Source: Mytilus californianus (Eukaryota). From it: 64,000 nucleotides of DNA. The notes beneath the pieces are model-generated. The model saw only the letters and a program-made list of their open reading frames with translations. It made no database searches and was not told where the DNA came from. The DNA lies in NCBI RefSeq assembly GCF_021869535.1, contig NW_026262581.1, positions 95,976,001 through 96,040,000 on the forward strand, given 5' to 3'. How positions within the stretch are numbered: the first letter of the stretch is position 1; every line of letters starts with the position of its first letter. A program made the position numbers and the translations under genes. This document shows, piece by piece, positions 61,701 through 64,000 of the stretch.

Positions 61701-64000
61701 CAGGACATACAGTTTTGTAGCTGTTAGTTTTAATTTTGATCTGAGATATATAAGAGGCTTCCCATACCAAAACATGAACTGCCATTTTTATACGACCGCA
61801 AAAAATTTTGCGGTCGTATGTTGGTATCACGTCTTCGTCCGAAGACATTTGGTTTCCGGACAATAACTTTAGTATAAGTAAATAGAAATCTATGAAATTT
61901 GAATACAAGGTTTATAACCACAAAAGGAAGTTTGGGATTGATTTTGGGGGTTATAGTTCTAACAGTTTAGGAATTGTTTAGGAATTAGGGGCCAAAAAGG
62001 GGCCCAAATAAGCATTTTCTAGTTTCCAGACAATAACTTGTGGAATGGTGCATGGATCTCTCTGAAATTATACCACAAGTTTCCATACCACAAAGGGATG
62101 GTTAGGATTGGCTTTGGGGGGTAATGGCTCAAACCATTTAGGAATTAGGGGCAAAAAGGGGGAAAAACAAGGGTTTCCTTGTTAATGGATAATTATTTTT
62201 AAGTACAATGTTTTGTGTTTGGATTACCTCCCTTACACTGCTTTGAAATTATGTATAAAGAAATGTTGTATTGTCTTGAAGTGATTAGCTGTCAAATTGG
62301 GCAGGGGGGTAAAAAAGAAATTGGGGGGGGGGGGGGGGGCATTTTTTTTCTTCTCATTTCAGATTTTCAGATTTCAGAAATTTAAAAGAAAATTTCTTCA
62401 AAAAAAGGGGGCGAGGGGTGGAGGGGAGGGGGTCAATTTGCAACAGCATAGTGTATTGCACAAAAGCAAAAATTTGAATATAAATTCAAATCATATAACC
62501 AATTCTATGTTCTTTGACTACAGTTATTCTGTGTCAGAAACCTATTATGTGTCACATATTTAATTACAATCCAAATTCAGACCTGTATCAAGCGCATATA
62601 TTGTGTCCATTTTTGCCCCAACTGTTCACGGTTGGACCTCTGCGGTCGTATCCAGCTGCGCTTGGCGAAGCAATTTTATTGTTTATGTTACTTGGAGAGG
62701 GCAGGGGACAATACTCACACAATTTTTTCTTTAAATAATATCATTGCGGATATTAGAAAAAACCTTTTGCTTGATTGATAATACCCATTTTAAAATCTCC
62801 AGTAAATTAAGACTGCCATAAAATATATCTTCATTTTCTTACCCTAAAAAAACGTTATATGTTGATTACTAACTAAATTGAAATAAGAAAGCTATTTCCA
62901 TTTTTGTCGAGCCTTCGACTTTAGTCGAAAAAGCGAGACATAGCGATCCTACATTCCGTCGGCGTCGTTGTCGTCGGCGGCGTCCACAAATATTCACTCT
63001 GTGGTTAAAGTTTTTGAAATTTTAATAACTTTCTTAAACTATCCTGGATTTCTACCAAACTTGGACAGAAGCTTGTTTATGATCATAAGATAGTATCCAG
63101 AAGTAAATTTTGTAAAAATAAAATTCCATTTTTACCGTATTTTACTTATAAATGGACTTAGTTTTTCTGCCGGTAAATATTACATTCACTCTGTGGTTAA
63201 AGTTTTTAAAATTTTAATAACTTTCTTAAACTATCCTGGGTTTGTACAAAACTTGGACAGAAGCTTGTTTATGATCATAAGATAGTATCTAGAAGTAAAT
63301 TTTATAAAAAAATAAATCCATTTTTTCCTTATTTTACTTTTAAATGGACTTAGATTTTCTGCCAGGAAACAACACATTCACTCTGTGGTTAAAGTTTTTA
63401 AAATTTTAATAACTTTCTTATACTATTTTGGATTTGTACCAAACTTGGACAGAAGCTTGTTTATGATCAAAAGCTAGTATCTAGAAGGAAATTTTGTAAA
63501 AAAATAAATCCATTTTTTCCGTATTTTACTTTTAAATGGACTTAGATTTTCTGCCAGGAAACAACATATTCACTCTGTGGTTTAAGTTTTTAAAATTTTA
63601 ATAACTTTCTTATACTATTTTGGATTTGTACCAAACTTGGACAGAAGCTTGTTTATGATCAAATGCTAGTATCTAGAAGGAAATTTTGTTTTCTTCCAGT
63701 TAACATTACATTCAGTCTGCAGTTAAGGTTTTTAAACATTTATTAGATTCATAAACTATCCTGGAATTTTACCAAACTTGGACAGAAGCTTCTTACAATC
63801 AAAAGATAGTATCAAGAGGAATATTTTTTATTGATTTACTTCCTCATTTTTGTTGAGCCTGCGATTAACAGAAAAAGTAGGCGAGACACTGGGTTCCGCG
63901 GAACCCTTACGAATTTTTATTTACTGTACAAGTAAATTATTATATTTTTTAAAGACTTTGTTATCACTTTTAGGACTTAAATCGAGTGAAGAAAAAGCCT
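43722..64000 (+). CDS. USP19: Ubiquitin carboxyl-terminal hydrolase 19 (two CS/p23 domains plus USP domain), 3'-incomplete
   Basis: Phase-consistent exons 45567-45695, 47896-48026, 48755-48983, 49773-49819, 52137-52237, 55856-55927, 56314-56429, 57476-57687, 59227-59386, 60089-60222, 60813-60905 and 63974->64000. CS motifs TWKQSEDE and VQIYVKEV...[16 protein letters not shown], Cys box [33 protein letters not shown]|DLNR. The first exon and start (about 43572-43761/43788) are uncertain. Confidence 0.93.
47095..47285 (+). mobile_element. Probable SINE 3' fragment
   Basis: Ends in ACTATTTGCCATTGGACTTAAAGCAAACA, resembling a molluscan SINE/LINE tail as recalled; not searched. Confidence 0.4.
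50402..50523. repeat. 41-bp inverted repeat (37/41 matches) with a 40-nt spacer
   Basis: AATAACCATACAT...AATATAAATTTTATTTGTAC (50402-50442) against its reverse complement at 50483-50523. Confidence 0.85.
51154..51991 (+). mobile_element. HINE family B with ~190-bp tandem array
   Basis: Same architecture as 62901-63912. The terminal 16-bp palindrome GGGTTCCGCGGAACCC is at 51970-51985. Confidence 0.8.
52538..53095 (+). mobile_element. HINE family with ~160-bp core (degenerate copy)
   Basis: TATGCCCCCGCCGTACGGCGACGGGGCC start and a core matching 54087-55250. Confidence 0.65.
53155..53736 (+). mobile_element. hAT transposase C-terminal (dimerisation domain) remnant with 3' TIR
   Basis: [22 protein letters not shown], a frameshift, then [30 protein letters not shown] (stop at 53493). 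TIR-like CTAGCCCCTG ends at 53736. Confidence 0.8.
54087..55250 (+). mobile_element. HINE with ~160-bp tandem repeat array
   Basis: TTTTATGCCCCCGCCGTAGTGGAGGGGGCATT start. Repeated TTGCCTCAACCAAATGTTATGAAACTTATACACAATGC, with 159-bp spacing for the first units. Confidence 0.75.
57767..58650. mobile_element. pogo/Tigger-like (Tc1/mariner) MITE, 884 bp
   Basis: TA|CAGTCGAACCTCGTTATGTCGAA ... TTCAACACAACGAGGTTCAATTG|TA. TIRs with 4 transitions and a TA TSD. Confidence 0.85.
59782..59909 (+). mobile_element. 5'-truncated core-domain SINE with 12-bp TSD
   Basis: GGTCGGTGGTTCTCTCCGGGCACTCCGGCTTCCTCCACC core and GAAAGTGGCGTTAAACACC(AATC)n tail. TATTCAAATGAT occurs at 59770-59781 and 59910-59921. 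Confidence 0.85.
61785..62676 (+). mobile_element. Uninterrupted HINE of the family that hosts the Gypsy
   Basis: 5' ATACGACCGCA with adjacent inverted copy, 3' TGCGGTCGTAT and hairpin CTGCGCTTGGCGAAGCA. Confidence 0.8.
62901..63912 (+). mobile_element. HINE family B with ~192-bp array (~4.5 units) and (GTC)n
   Basis: CACTCTGTGG recurs at 62995, 63187, 63379 and 63571. Palindrome GGGTTCCGCGGAACCC at 63891-63906. Confidence 0.8.

Overview
AT-rich animal genomic DNA, most likely a bivalve mollusc such as a mussel (inferred from the repeat families; no database search was run). Three spliced host genes were assembled by hand from GT-AG exons: MANBAL/UPF0239 (+, 7164-12394, 77 aa), Hakai/CBLL1 (-, six coding exons, 43433-29477, 479 aa) and USP19 (+, from about 43.6-43.7 kb and running off the window end). 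Hakai and USP19 lie head-to-head, 150-290 bp apart. Most of the rest is mobile DNA. The main element is a young full-length 9,033-bp Ty3/Gypsy retrotransposon (14465-23497, -) with 99.5%-identical LTRs, a 5-bp TSD, a tRNA-Leu PBS, a -1 frameshift signal, a gag split by a +1 discontinuity and an extra C2H2 zinc-finger/coiled-coil ORF in the env position behind a splice acceptor. A 5'-truncated Penelope-like (Naiad-type) element carries a canonical form-2 SECIS in its 3' UTR, pointing to a selenoprotein-encoding retroelement family. Also present are a dead CR1/L2-group LINE, an RTE fragment, a MULE/foldback-like element with a nested hAT MITE, a pogo/Tigger-like MITE, a hAT transposase remnant, SINE pieces, many Helentron-type (HINE) elements with internal tandem arrays, and several minisatellites. 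No CRISPR array or rRNA gene was found.
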